This document shows positions 50,694 through 60,789 of a stretch of DNA of 64,000 nucleotides, in pieces. The notes below the pieces were generated by a model that saw only the letters and a list, made by a program, of their open reading frames with translations, had not been told where the DNA came from and searched no databases. The position numbers were made by a program, and so were the translations under genes. Within the stretch, counting starts at the first letter, position 1. Every line of letters starts with the position of its first letter. Location of the stretch: positions 192,001 through 256,000 of the forward strand of contig CAXXWQ010000003.1 of NCBI GenBank assembly GCA_963674945.2, given 5' to 3'. This stretch comes from an uncultured Desulfosarcina sp. GTDB taxonomy: Bacteria; Desulfobacterota; Desulfobacteria; Desulfobacterales; Desulfosarcinaceae.

Positions 50694-52142
50694 TCAGTCT
50701 TCGATAAAAGTATATACTGTTTTCGTTTTCAGATAGGCGTCTACGCCTGCCCAGCCATATTCGAGCCCCCAACCCGATTGCTTGTACCCACCAAAGGGCA
50801 TGGCCGGATCGGCTACCAGCTGGCAATTGAGCCAGACCATACCGGCTTCCACCCGCTTGGCCAGTCTATGTGCCCGTGCACTGTCCTGGGTCCAAACGGC
50901 GCCCGCAAGCCCGTAAGGCGTATCATTGGCCATGGCAATCGCCTCTTCCTCCTCATCAAACGGAACGACGGCGACAACCGGCCCGAAGATCTCCTCGCGC
51001 ATCAGTCGCATGTCCTCGCGAACATTGGTGAGCACCGCAGGTTCCACGAAATAACCGCGCCGATCCAGTCTCTTTCCACCCGTGACCACCTCCACACCCT
51101 GCTCTTTTCCTTCTTCGATAAAGCCCATGACACGTTTCAGCTGTGATTCACTGATGATTGGACCAATGTGGGCGCCCTCATCCTGTGGCCCGCCAAGCTG
51201 CAACGTTTTCGCGAAGTTCGCCAGTCCTTCCACGACCTGTTCGTATATGCCTCGCTGGGCATAAATTCGCGAACCGCAGACACATCCCTGCCCGGACCCG
51301 GCAAAAATACCCACTCCGGCCCCGAGTATGGTCTTGGATAAATCCGCGTCGTCGAAAATCAGAACGGGTGACTTGCCCCCCAGCTCGAGGGTCAGCCGTT
51401 TCAGGTTGCCTGCCGATGCCAGAACAAGTTTTTTTCCAACCTCCACCGAACCGGTAAATGAGAGTTTGTCCACACCTGGATGTGCGGATAGCGCCGCACC
51501 GGTGATGCTGCCGGAACCATTTACCAGATTGACGACACCGTCGGGGACACCCGCTTCTTTCAGTAAATCCATCAATTTCATCGCGGAAAGAGGCGTCAAG
51601 GATGATGGTTTCAACACGCAGGAACAGCCCGCAGCCAGCGCCGGGGCCACCTTTGACAAAGCAACGTACAGCGGCCCGTTCCAGGAAACGATCAGACCGG
51701 CCACTCCGTATGGCTCCTTCAATGTATAGGCATGAAATTGAGACGTTGTGCCGGTAATTCCACCCGTCATCCGGATATCATTTGAGATTCCATAGAGTTT
51801 TGTGCACCAGCCGGCGAAATATCGCACGAACTCCGAACTCGTTGAAATGAGAATGTTAAGCTGCATCTCATTCATTCCCGTATTGCGGGATTCGATTGCC
51901 GCGAGTTCAGCCACATCGCGCTCGAGGATATCGGCCAACCGCCACAGAATCTTGCCTTTCTCGGATGCAGGCTTGAGTCTCCATATACCGGATTCGAAAG
52001 TCTCTCTTGCACGCGCAACAGCCTCGTCGACAGCGTTCTGCCCACCTTCAGGAATCTCAGTGATTTGTTCTTCCGTCGAGGGATCAATGACCGGAATCAT
52101 CTTTGTGCTGCTGTTCTTTTCTCCCGCAATTTGATTCGACAT
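50694..52142 (-). CDS. NAD(P)-dependent aldehyde dehydrogenase
   Basis: WNGP, LKPS, FTGS, catalytic Glu in LELGGKSP, catalytic Cys in GQGCVCGS, EEIFGP and PFGGYKQSG; start 52142 after AGGAG. Confidence 0.95.
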   Translation of the reverse strand: MSNQIAGEKNSSTKMIPVIDPSTEEQITEIPEGGQNAVDEAVARARETFESGIWRLKPASEKGKILWRLADILERDVAELAAIESRNTGMNEMQLNILISTSSEFVRYFAGWCTKLYGISNDIRMTGGITGTTSQFHAYTLKEPYGVAGLIVSWNGPLYVALSKVAPALAAGCSCVLKPSSLTPLSAMKLMDLLKEAGVPDGVVNLVNGSGSITGAALSAHPGVDKLSFTGSVEVGKKLVLASAGNLKRLTLELGGKSPVLIFDDADLSKTILGAGVGIFAGSGQGCVCGSRIYAQRGIYEQVVEGLANFAKTLQLGGPQDEGAHIGPIISESQLKRVMGFIEEGKEQGVEVVTGGKRLDRRGYFVEPAVLTNVREDMRLMREEIFGPVVAVVPFDEEEEAIAMANDTPYGLAGAVWTQDSARAHRLAKRVEAGMVWLNCQLVADPAMPFGGYKQSGWGLEYGWAGVDAYLKTKTVYTFIED

Positions 52143-52278
52143 GATTTTCTCCTTCTTGCAGTTTTGAAGCATTGTTAAAAGGCGAAGTCATCTACCTACA
52201 ACACCGTATATTAGAACGACGACGAATTCAGATATCAGGATCAAAAGTCATTGTTGTCGTAACAGGCAAACGCAATCA

Positions 52279-52737
52279 CTAGGTAGCAAGCAACCTTCTT
52301 ACGAATTGAGTGACTTTGCCCAAAGAGACCAACAATTCATCTAGCTCCTTCTTAGAAAGTGGCTCCAGTCTCTCTCGGGTAGTCTTGTAGAACCGATCCA
52401 TCACCAATGAAATGCATTGCCGTCCCTCGTCTGTCAGGGAAACAATGCTCTTTCTACGATCAGTGGGATCCGGCTCTCTGGATATTTTCCCGGTAGCCGA
52501 TAACTCACTGGTGAGCCGCGTCATCTGTGTTTTGGAGATCACTAGTATATCACCGAGTTCAGAAATGCTCATCTTTCCACTGTCATGTAACACCTTCAGC
52601 ACCTCGAAATGATAGCGCGAAATATCGATACCGGGATCTCTCAGCTCTTTTTTGAAGACTTTTTCAATAATTTCACGGAGCACTTTTGGTGAATCCACAA
52701 GCAGTTCCATGATTTTTTCGATGGATTTATCTTCCAT
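52279..52737 (-). CDS. MarR family transcriptional regulator
   Basis: Winged HTH with the DPTDRR...LTDEG wing motif; 152 aa. Confidence 0.9.
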   Translation of the reverse strand: MEDKSIEKIMELLVDSPKVLREIIEKVFKKELRDPGIDISRYHFEVLKVLHDSGKMSISELGDILVISKTQMTRLTSELSATGKISREPDPTDRRKSIVSLTDEGRQCISLVMDRFYKTTRERLEPLSKKELDELLVSLGKVTQFVRRLLAT

Positions 52738-52767
52738 GGAGGCAGTTTAACCCTTTGCATGTAATAC

Positions 52768-52794
52768 ACAATGTAAATAGTTTACAATGTAAAT
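52768..52794. promoter_or_regulatory. Candidate MarR operator
   Basis: ACAATGTAAAT twice at 16 bp period; palindrome TTTACA-A-TGTAAA (52781-52793), 30-60 bp upstream of marR. Confidence 0.55.
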
Positions 52795-52943
52795 TGTATT
52801 AGCACCGGCAAAGCACCACTGTCAAACTCTTTTTACTGCATGGTCAAAGATGTTGTTGTCAAAACGGACAAATACTCGCGGGCCGTCTGGTGGCAAGGAA
52901 ACGAACAAAAAGGAATAGTGAGTGGTAGAATAAAACGAAGGCT

Positions 52944-53885
52944 CTATTTGAAAGGATATGCCGAACCGAGGATGTTCAATGAGAATTTAAGAATTTTTAC
53001 GATGTGAATTACCTCGAACGCAAGAACGCCGGGGATTGGGAGCATAGTATCCGAAATAAAATTGTGCATTTGTTCACTATCTTTGAATTGTGCAGCGACA
53101 AATATCTGCCATTGACCGGTGATCAGGCTTACATGCCTGGAATTGCTTTGCATTGACAACTCGTTGGCCACTCCATAGAGTGAATCCGCTTGGGATTTAA
53201 TCAGAATGATAACGCTAATTTCATATCCCAGTGCCCTTGGATTAACGATACTGGCAAACCGGATGACTCCGTCGGACAAGAGTTTGTCCAGCCTGGTTTT
53301 TGCATCGGACCTGCTGCAACCAACTGTTTTGGCCAGCGTCGCCATGGTTTGTCTGGGATCCATTTCCATCGCATTGACAATAGACAGATCGATGTCGCTG
53401 GGGAAATGCTTCAACGGTTCTCGAATGGTATCGACTTGGGGCTTGAAATACCTCCATGAATCTCTAACCCATTGATAAGAATGCATAAGATCGAAAGAAA
53501 GAATACCAAGTATATTTGTCAGTTGCTCGGATATCAAGTTTGCCAAGGAAAGCCGATCACGCAAAAGTGCCCATGCCATAATATTGTATCTACCGGCAGT
53601 AAGGGTCACGACCGTCATTGCCGGTAGAGGGGCCAATTCATTGGTCACATCGTCCACTCTTCCTGGATAAGCGTTGATCCCAATCACGATTAAAAACTGG
53701 TATCCCAAAAGCTCAGGGTTGCCAACACACGCTATTTTCAGAATGCCTGCCGATTTTAGTCGGTTCAATCGATAATTAACGGTTGTGCGCTTCATACCGA
53801 TTTTTTTCGCTAAGGTGTGGATCGATTGCCGGGCATCCTCTTCCAGCTCTTCCAGGATCTTGAGGTCGAGTTCGTCGAGTAACAT
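52944..53885 (-). CDS. Tandem (double) Lrp/AsnC family regulator
   Basis: Two HTH plus RAM units (LDELDLKIL...DAR and SDIDLSIV...DPR; TAGRYN and ITGQWQ). Confidence 0.85.
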   Translation of the reverse strand: MLLDELDLKILEELEEDARQSIHTLAKKIGMKRTTVNYRLNRLKSAGILKIACVGNPELLGYQFLIVIGINAYPGRVDDVTNELAPLPAMTVVTLTAGRYNIMAWALLRDRLSLANLISEQLTNILGILSFDLMHSYQWVRDSWRYFKPQVDTIREPLKHFPSDIDLSIVNAMEMDPRQTMATLAKTVGCSRSDAKTRLDKLLSDGVIRFASIVNPRALGYEISVIILIKSQADSLYGVANELSMQSNSRHVSLITGQWQIFVAAQFKDSEQMHNFISDTMLPIPGVLAFEVIHIVKILKFSLNILGSAYPFK

Positions 53886-54159
53886 GATTTCCTCTATACA
53901 TTTTGGTCAAACATCTATTTTCATTTATTATTTTTCGTGGCCCGCACTTATCCTAGTAATTTCGAAATGTCCAGATGATTTTGACAAAAAGGGGCCGCCC
54001 TCCAAGATGTTTAGACGACTTGGTTATGCCCTATTTGCCATATCGTAATTTTTTAGGCCATTTATTAGTCATTTGGTCAATTTAAATTATTTATTATTGT
54101 CATACACAAAACACCGTGATACAGTCAATTGAATAATATGCAAACAGGAGGATTATACC

Positions 54160-56010
54160 ATGACGCAATTGGGTGGGTTTATGGGGAAAGTTCTGCGGGT
54201 TGACTTGAGTTCCGAGAATTTCACCGATGAAACAATAGACGAATCAACTTTGAGGAAGTATTTGGGCGGTACGGGACTGGGCGCTAAAATCATGTATGAT
54301 GAGGTTCCTGCGAATGTCGAGTGGTCTGATCCCGAGAATCGACTGATCTGGTTGACCGGGCCGTTCAATGGTACGAAAGTACCAGGATCTGGACTATATA
54401 CAGTGGCGACGAAAGGTCCCTTGAGCAACATGTTCGTCGCCTCACACTGTAATGGATTCTTCGGTGCCAGATTGAAGTTTGCCGGATATGACACAATCAT
54501 ATTTCAGGGTGCTGCCAAGAATTGGGTCTATCTATACATACATGACGGCACCGCTGAAATTCGCGACGCCTCCCACTTGGTAGGCATGGACAGTTGGGAT
54601 ACCGAGGCAAAACTGAAAGAAGAGATCGGAGAGAAAAAAGTATCCGTTTCATGTATCGGAACTGCGGGAGAAAACCTCGTGAAATATGCCTGCATCTGCT
54701 CCGATCGGGGGCATGTTGCAGCCAGTAATGGGTGCGGTGCGGTAATGGGATCCAAAAAAATAAAAGCAATTGTCGTCCACGGGAATGCAAAAGTTCCCAT
54801 ACACGATAAAGAGAGTTTCAACGCCGATGTCAAAGCATGGTGGCAAGAACTGGAAACGACACTATGGGGCATGATGATCCCTCCGATGGGTACAAGTTGC
54901 CAGTACTCCGCATCCCACGATATAGGATTTCTCGCGGTAAGGAATTACACGGCCAGTATCTTTCCGGAACACACCAAGTTTAACGGGGACAGCCAGCGGG
55001 CCTACTACCAGGGCAAACGCCGTCCTTGCTACGCCTGCAAGTGGGGCCATTGTCACGAGATTGAGCTGAAGTCGGGCCCCCATAAGGGAGAAATTGTCGA
55101 GGAGTCGGAGTATGAGGGCGCGGTTGCATTCAGCAGCAATATCGGCAACACCGACCTTGATGCAACCCATTGGCTGAATAACGTGAACGATCGCCTGGGA
55201 ATGGATGCCAAGGAACAGGCGTCTGTCATCGGCCTGGCCATCGAGTGCTATGAGAAAGGCTTGATCACCAAAGAGGATACCGATGGAATCGAATTGACCT
55301 GGGGCAATGTCGATGCGGTGGAGACCTTGCTGCACAAGATCGCCAAACGGGAAGGGTTTGGTGAAGTATTGGCCGAAGGTGTCATGAGAGCGGCGCAGAA
55401 GATCGGCGGCGATGCCCCGAATTTTGCAGTCCACAATAAAAAGGGACACGCGCCCCATGTCATCGATAGCAGAGGGATGTGGTTCATCATGTTTTCCATG
55501 GCCACCACCGATATGGGCGCCGGCGCAGCCGGGGATATGGGAGACGTTGGAGACCTCTTGCCTACTGTGGGCGCCGAATTTATGAGTCCCGATGCGGCCC
55601 ATTCTCCGGACCATGCCCCCAAAATGCTTCCCATAACGATGCGCAGGGCACAATTCATCGATAGCCTGGGAATCTGTATGTTTGTCTCCGGAGTTCAACT
55701 AAAGCATGTCGCCAAAACGCTAAGTTCCGTTACCGGTTGGGATTTCACCTGGGAGGAGGCCGCAGAAGTCGGTTACAGAATCCATTGCCTGTTACGGCTC
55801 TTTAACATGCGATGCGGACTCACCCGGGAAAACGACGGCGTTTCTCCCAGGATCGCCGAAGCGCCGATCGAGGGGCCTGCCAAAGGGATAAGTGTCGCCG
55901 ATAAATGGGATCAAATGCTCGACACCTATTATGACGGCCTGGGTTGGGATCGAGAAGGCCGCCCGCTTCCCGAAACACTGAATAAACTTGGGTTGGAAAT
56001 GGTGCCATAG
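54160..56010 (+). CDS. Aldehyde:ferredoxin oxidoreductase family (tungstopterin) protein
   Basis: GKVLRVDLS, LGGTGLG, LKFAGYD, GAVMGSK, CYACKWGHC, EYE, DRLGMD and DSLGIC. Confidence 0.92.
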   Translation: MTQLGGFMGKVLRVDLSSENFTDETIDESTLRKYLGGTGLGAKIMYDEVPANVEWSDPENRLIWLTGPFNGTKVPGSGLYTVATKGPLSNMFVASHCNGFFGARLKFAGYDTIIFQGAAKNWVYLYIHDGTAEIRDASHLVGMDSWDTEAKLKEEIGEKKVSVSCIGTAGENLVKYACICSDRGHVAASNGCGAVMGSKKIKAIVVHGNAKVPIHDKESFNADVKAWWQELETTLWGMMIPPMGTSCQYSASHDIGFLAVRNYTASIFPEHTKFNGDSQRAYYQGKRRPCYACKWGHCHEIELKSGPHKGEIVEESEYEGAVAFSSNIGNTDLDATHWLNNVNDRLGMDAKEQASVIGLAIECYEKGLITKEDTDGIELTWGNVDAVETLLHKIAKREGFGEVLAEGVMRAAQKIGGDAPNFAVHNKKGHAPHVIDSRGMWFIMFSMATTDMGAGAAGDMGDVGDLLPTVGAEFMSPDAAHSPDHAPKMLPITMRRAQFIDSLGICMFVSGVQLKHVAKTLSSVTGWDFTWEEAAEVGYRIHCLLRLFNMRCGLTRENDGVSPRIAEAPIEGPAKGISVADKWDQMLDTYYDGLGWDREGRPLPETLNKLGLEMVP

Positions 56011-56132
56011 GTTTATTGATTCCCATTATAACAAGCATACAGAATGAAAAATTAATTGCGATCTCAATGATAGCGAAGCATTCGAACAGCTCTTCTTTCC
56101 ATTTTTTAATCACATTTCTATAGGAGGATAAG

Positions 56133-56948
56133 ATGACCGATTTTAGTAGCGTAAAGGGTAAAGTTGCGGTTGTGACCGGTGCAGCAAGCGGGATGGGGAA
56201 ATCCATTGCCTCTCTATTTGCCGAAAACGGAATGAAGGTGGTGCTGGCCGACTTCAATGAAGAGGCTGGACAAAAAATCACCAATGACCTGAAAGCCAAG
56301 GGATGCGATGTCGTATTCTGCAAAACGGATGTCAGTAAGGAAAGTGACGTGCAGAACATGGTGAATACAGCCGTTACCACCTGGGGACGCCTCGACGGTA
56401 TCGTCAATAATGCCGGAATTGGTGGCGATTTTGCCCCCCTTCATGAATTCTCCGTGGAAGAGTATGATAAACTCATGGCCATCAACCAGAGAGGTGTCTT
56501 CATGGGTATGAAATATGGCATAGAAGCCATATTGAAGACAAAATCAACATGCGGTTTCGTCATTTGTACCGCCTCCCTTGGTGGCCTGCAGGGAAGTGCA
56601 GGCGTCGGGCTTTATACGGCTTCGAAACATGCAGTGGTCGGTCTTGTACAAAATGCTGCGTTGGATTATGCGAAACATAATATCACCGTCAACGCGCTTT
56701 GTCCCGGAGCAGTGAGAACCGGTATCTGGATGGGGCTGCCCGATGAAGAGATCGATAAATTGGCCGCAGACATGGCGCTCTCTCCCAACGGAAGAGTAGC
56801 GGAACCGTGGGAAATCGGCCACATGGCACTGTTTTTGGCCACGGATATGGCGCGATACATTTCAGGTGCAGCGATTCGGATTGATGCGGCGGCAGGTTCA
56901 GGAAAAGCAATGGATATACCATGGAGACATCCGGAAATTCTTGAATAG
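56133..56948 (+). CDS. Short-chain dehydrogenase/reductase
   Basis: TGAASGMG, NNAG, YTASK and VNALCPG. Confidence 0.94.
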   Translation: MTDFSSVKGKVAVVTGAASGMGKSIASLFAENGMKVVLADFNEEAGQKITNDLKAKGCDVVFCKTDVSKESDVQNMVNTAVTTWGRLDGIVNNAGIGGDFAPLHEFSVEEYDKLMAINQRGVFMGMKYGIEAILKTKSTCGFVICTASLGGLQGSAGVGLYTASKHAVVGLVQNAALDYAKHNITVNALCPGAVRTGIWMGLPDEEIDKLAADMALSPNGRVAEPWEIGHMALFLATDMARYISGAAIRIDAAAGSGKAMDIPWRHPEILE

Positions 56949-57084
56949 AAGGACAAGTCCAACATACAAAGCTCATCTTGCCTTTGTCAGCCTCTCTTAC
57001 AATTTCAGAATCGGCGTGATGTCCCCTATTATTGGACAAACCGCCGGATGTGAAAAGAAATAAAAAAATAACGTGTTGGTGTAA

Positions 57085-57144
57085 GTCAACGACCACCCAC
57101 AACAAGGGTGGCTTGGATATCCGGTCCATCGGCCGGATATCCAA
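57085..57144 (+). repeat. Double hairpin resembling an IS200/IS605-type end
   Basis: GTCAACGA-CCACCC-acaacaa-GGGTGG-CTTG, overlapping a perfect 12 bp stem TTGGATATCCGG-N8-CCGGATATCCAA. Confidence 0.4.
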
Positions 57145-57237
57145 AAGCATACCGGCGCTATCGTTCGGGTTGTAACCGAGTGCAAAACATCCAGTTTGAA
57201 TACCACCACTCAAACACAAAAACGGGAGGAGTATTAC

Positions 57238-58611
57238 ATGAACGGTACCACGCTGAAAACCACATTGCCCCTGGTGTTAGTGACATTACTGGTGTGTGTG
57301 GCGATGCCGGCTATGGCAAAAGTGACGCCTGAAGAAGCCGCGAAACTGAAAACAGACTTAACCCCCATGGGAAGTGAACGAGCGGGGAACAAAGAAGGAA
57401 CCATTCCTGCCTGGACCGGCGGACTCCCAAAAATCCCCGACGGTATAGACTATGTTACCAAATCCGGAGAACCACACCCGGATCCGTTCGCCGAGGACAA
57501 AATCCTGTTTACCATAACGGCGCAAAATGTCGATCAATATAAAAATAAACTATCTGCGGGTATATTGGAAATGTTCACACTATATCCGGAGACCTTTACA
57601 ATACATGTCTATCCCACCAGAAGATCTGCCGCATATGGTGAAAAATATTATGAGGGGATGTATAAAAATGCCTTGACGGCAGAGGTGCTCGATGACTATG
57701 GCAGTGTAACAAATTTCGTCAGAGGGTTTCCGTTTCCAATTCCCAGAAGCGGCATAGAGGCCATGTGTAATTTTGTTCTCAAACCAATGGGCGCAAAAAA
57801 TATGGTATATAATGTAGGAGGCGGGATTGTACAGGGAAGCGGAAAATGGAACAAACAAGATGCAAAGGATTATTGGGCATATCATATCGATAGTGGAGAA
57901 CCATTTAACCCACAAGACTATATTACTGCAAATATAATTGAAATGACAATGCCCGGCCGCGTGGGCGAATTGTATCTCATGATGGACCCGGCAGACTATA
58001 CGAAAAACGACGCGATCGGCTGGTCATATATACCAGGAATGCGCCGGGTTCGCCGGAACCCCAACATGTTTTACGATGGGCTCGATTCTTCCGCCGGCGG
58101 CATTGGGTGCAGTGACGAATCGTGGATGTGGAAGGGGAAACTCGACCGGTTCGATTGGAAATTGGTCGGAAAAAAAGAGATGTTCATTCCCTATAACACC
58201 TACATGATCGACTCGCTTCCTGACTTTGACGTGATGATGACACCCCATCATCCCAACCCGGAATATGTCCGCTGGGAGCTTCACCGGGTATGGGAAGTCG
58301 TCGGGACCCTTAAGGAAGGTTCTCGGCATATTTACGGCAAAAGACATTACTATCTGGATGAAGACACATGGATAATTTCCATTATCGACAAATACGATAA
58401 GCGTGGAAACCTGTGGCGACTGTCATATGGTTGTGGGACAGAATATTATGACTTTCCTGTATTCCGTCAGACCCAGTACTGGCATTTTGATTTCCAGGTG
58501 GACTATTATGCTGCATTTACTTTTTACAACGGGTATCCGCCCGCTTCTTACGACCCCATACCTGACGATTTCTTCTCGATTCAAAATTTGCGAAAATTGG
58601 GCCGGCGGTAG
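57238..58611 (+). CDS. DUF1329 family exported protein, copy 1
   Basis: Signal peptide ending AMA, LTPMGSERAGN, GTIPAW, PFPIP, PGMRRVRR, WELHRVW and LDEDTW; GGGAGGAG RBS. Confidence 0.9.
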   Translation: MNGTTLKTTLPLVLVTLLVCVAMPAMAKVTPEEAAKLKTDLTPMGSERAGNKEGTIPAWTGGLPKIPDGIDYVTKSGEPHPDPFAEDKILFTITAQNVDQYKNKLSAGILEMFTLYPETFTIHVYPTRRSAAYGEKYYEGMYKNALTAEVLDDYGSVTNFVRGFPFPIPRSGIEAMCNFVLKPMGAKNMVYNVGGGIVQGSGKWNKQDAKDYWAYHIDSGEPFNPQDYITANIIEMTMPGRVGELYLMMDPADYTKNDAIGWSYIPGMRRVRRNPNMFYDGLDSSAGGIGCSDESWMWKGKLDRFDWKLVGKKEMFIPYNTYMIDSLPDFDVMMTPHHPNPEYVRWELHRVWEVVGTLKEGSRHIYGKRHYYLDEDTWIISIIDKYDKRGNLWRLSYGCGTEYYDFPVFRQTQYWHFDFQVDYYAAFTFYNGYPPASYDPIPDDFFSIQNLRKLGRR

Positions 58612-58644
58612 CAGGATGAAAGACAGCATGTGAAACACGAAGAC

Positions 58645-58683
58645 AACGATAAGGTCGGTAAAACACCGACCTTATCGTTTTTT
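58645..58683 (+). terminator. Rho-independent terminator
   Basis: 15 bp stem AACGATAAGGTCGGT/ACCGACCTTATCGTT followed by a T run. Confidence 0.8.
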
Positions 58684-58831
58684 ACGAAGCCACTTGTACT
58701 TACCCCGTGAACGACCATGAATAAAAATTTACATCGAACAGTTGTGTAATTTCGGTCGACCGATTTGATTATATACCCGAGGTTTTCCCTCGGGTATATA
58801 TTGCTTTAACAACGAAGAAGGATCCTTCACG

Positions 58832-59134
58832 ATGGCAAGAGTCGAATTACATGTATATCCCCCACTTTCCTATGAAATGACTTCAAAACGACTTGGCCCA
58901 CATGTTATAGAGGAAGAAATTGACCTTGGTGAAAGACTTGGGGACCTTCTAACCAGATTAGCCAACGGCAGCCAAATCGCATGGAAGAAAATCTTTAATA
59001 CCGATTTGCATCAGATGCGGCCGGGTATCCTGGCAATTCTCAATGGTACAGTTTTGGCCTGGAAAAAAGCGCCAAACACATGTTTGTCAGAAGGTGATCA
59101 GGTAGGTTTCCGAATAACATATCTCGGAGGATGA
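58832..59134 (+). CDS. MoaD/ThiS family sulfur-carrier protein
   Basis: 100 aa, ILNG...LSEGDQV and C-terminal GG. Confidence 0.85.
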   Translation: MARVELHVYPPLSYEMTSKRLGPHVIEEEIDLGERLGDLLTRLANGSQIAWKKIFNTDLHQMRPGILAILNGTVLAWKKAPNTCLSEGDQVGFRITYLGG

Positions 59135-59281
59135 TTAGTAGTATTCAAACCGGGTGCTTTGTGCCCGGGACCAACCCAAACAAAGAAAGCAATGATATGC
59201 TATTGGATATTCGGCCTACGGTCGAATATCCGAGTCACCCGCTTTGTGGGTGTTCGTTTACTCTGCGCAAGGTGTTTGATT

Positions 59282-60586
59282 ATGCCAAAAGAATTTTCCA
59301 GTAATACGACCAGCTCAAATCAAAATCATGGTATTTGTCTTCAAATCGATGAAAAAGGACGTATCGTACTGCCTCCTGAAATGAAAACCCAATATGGGCT
59401 CAAACCAGGTGCAAAGGTATACCTTTCTGCAGAGAAAAATGGGTTACGCATACGCAACCCGTCGCAACTATTGAAGCTATACATCGAACCAACAAATCGA
59501 TGCAATCTGAATTGCCGTACATGCATTCGCCACAATTGGACGGATCCAGTGGGCATGATGTCCGATGATACCTTTTCCCGCGCAATGAAAGGACTATCTC
59601 AAATTCATCCCAGACCAACAGTGTTTTTCGGTGGTTTCGGAGAGCCGCTTTCTCATCCCAAGATCGTTCAAATGATCGCAACAGTGAAAGGTCTTGGCGC
59701 ATCGGCCGAATTGATCACCAACGGAACATTGCTTACACCGGAACTTTCGCAGCGATTAACAGAGGCAGGAATTGATGTGCTATGGGTATCCATTGATGGC
59801 GCGACGCAGGGAAGTTATTCTTGTATCCGACCTGGTGCTTCACTGCCACAAGTGCTTGAAAATGTAGCCAACTTCCATAACACCATCAAATCGAAATCGA
59901 TTATATCGGATTGTGGCGTTTTCCCCGGTTCCAGGACAAAACTGGGGATTGCGTTTGTCGCAACGAAACGCAATATCGCCGATTTACCTAAGATATTGAA
60001 ATTGGCCCGTGACTTCGAGGCGAGACACCTGATTGTCACCAACGTCTTGCCACACACAAGGGAGATGTGTGATGAACTCCTTTACGATATCACCTCAACC
60101 GAGGATTTATCTCCGGAAACAGTATTGCGCATAAACATTCCAAGGATTGATATGACAGAAACCACTCGCACGCCTTTATATGAAATAATGCGCTACGGTA
60201 CCAATGTCAGCTGGGCCGGCAGCAATTTTGAATCCGTAATGAATAGCTGTCCATTCATAGAAAGTGGTGCTGGGGTAATCGGATGGGACGGCAGTTTCAC
60301 CCCGTGTCTATCACTATTGCATAGTCATACGAGTTTTGTTTTTGGTCGTGAGCGTTTTTCAAAAAAATGGATAATCGGCAACCTGGAAGAAAAAAGTTTA
60401 TCAGACCTATGGAACGACCCGGAACATATTTCTTTTAGAGAACGCGTTCAATCCTTCGATTTTGCACCGTGTACATCCTGCGGTGGTTGTGAACTTGCAG
60501 AGTCCAACGAGGAGGATTGCTGGGGCAATGACTTTCCAACCTGCGGCGGCTGCCTTTGGGCACAAGGTTTAATTCAATGCCCATGA
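59282..60586 (+). CDS. Radical SAM/SPASM maturase of the type found with tungsten oxidoreductases, with an AbrB-like N-terminal domain
   Basis: IDEKGRIVLP, CNLNCRTC, GGFGEPL, ITNG, and C-terminal CPF...PC...CTSCGGC...C...CGGCLWAQGLIQCP; start uncertain. Confidence 0.82.
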   Translation: MPKEFSSNTTSSNQNHGICLQIDEKGRIVLPPEMKTQYGLKPGAKVYLSAEKNGLRIRNPSQLLKLYIEPTNRCNLNCRTCIRHNWTDPVGMMSDDTFSRAMKGLSQIHPRPTVFFGGFGEPLSHPKIVQMIATVKGLGASAELITNGTLLTPELSQRLTEAGIDVLWVSIDGATQGSYSCIRPGASLPQVLENVANFHNTIKSKSIISDCGVFPGSRTKLGIAFVATKRNIADLPKILKLARDFEARHLIVTNVLPHTREMCDELLYDITSTEDLSPETVLRINIPRIDMTETTRTPLYEIMRYGTNVSWAGSNFESVMNSCPFIESGAGVIGWDGSFTPCLSLLHSHTSFVFGRERFSKKWIIGNLEEKSLSDLWNDPEHISFRERVQSFDFAPCTSCGGCELAESNEEDCWGNDFPTCGGCLWAQGLIQCP

Positions 60587-60630
60587 CATCGACGGACACC
60601 ACAATACGCTGCTGACTTCTGGTTTTGCAA

Positions 60631-60692
60631 AACGTGTTTTTCAGCATGGTACCGTTCATGTAATACTCTTCCCTTTTTATGTTTGAATACAA
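60631..60692 (-). pseudogene. 5' stub (RBS plus about 9 codons) of a DUF1329 gene
   Basis: Minus strand tcaaacataaaaagggaagagtattacATGaacggtaccatgctgaaaaacacgtt nearly matches 57210-57266; similarity then stops. Confidence 0.7.
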
Positions 60693-60789
60693 CTAGTAAA
60701 TCTGCAAGTCGGACCGATGTAAACTTCATCATGGGTTCTTCCTTCAAGAGATAAATGCCCATTTATCAAATTGAAATACTAAATCCATT

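Noticed and set aside
54160..56010. Class II benzoyl-CoA reductase BamB
   Set aside because: No bamC-I-like Fe-S, Hdr or Nuo module genes are adjacent; only membership of the AOR family is supportable.
58770..58800. ModE box
   Set aside because: TATATA arms are present, but the spacing is far longer than in the ModE consensus and the flanking CG/CGAT bases are missing.
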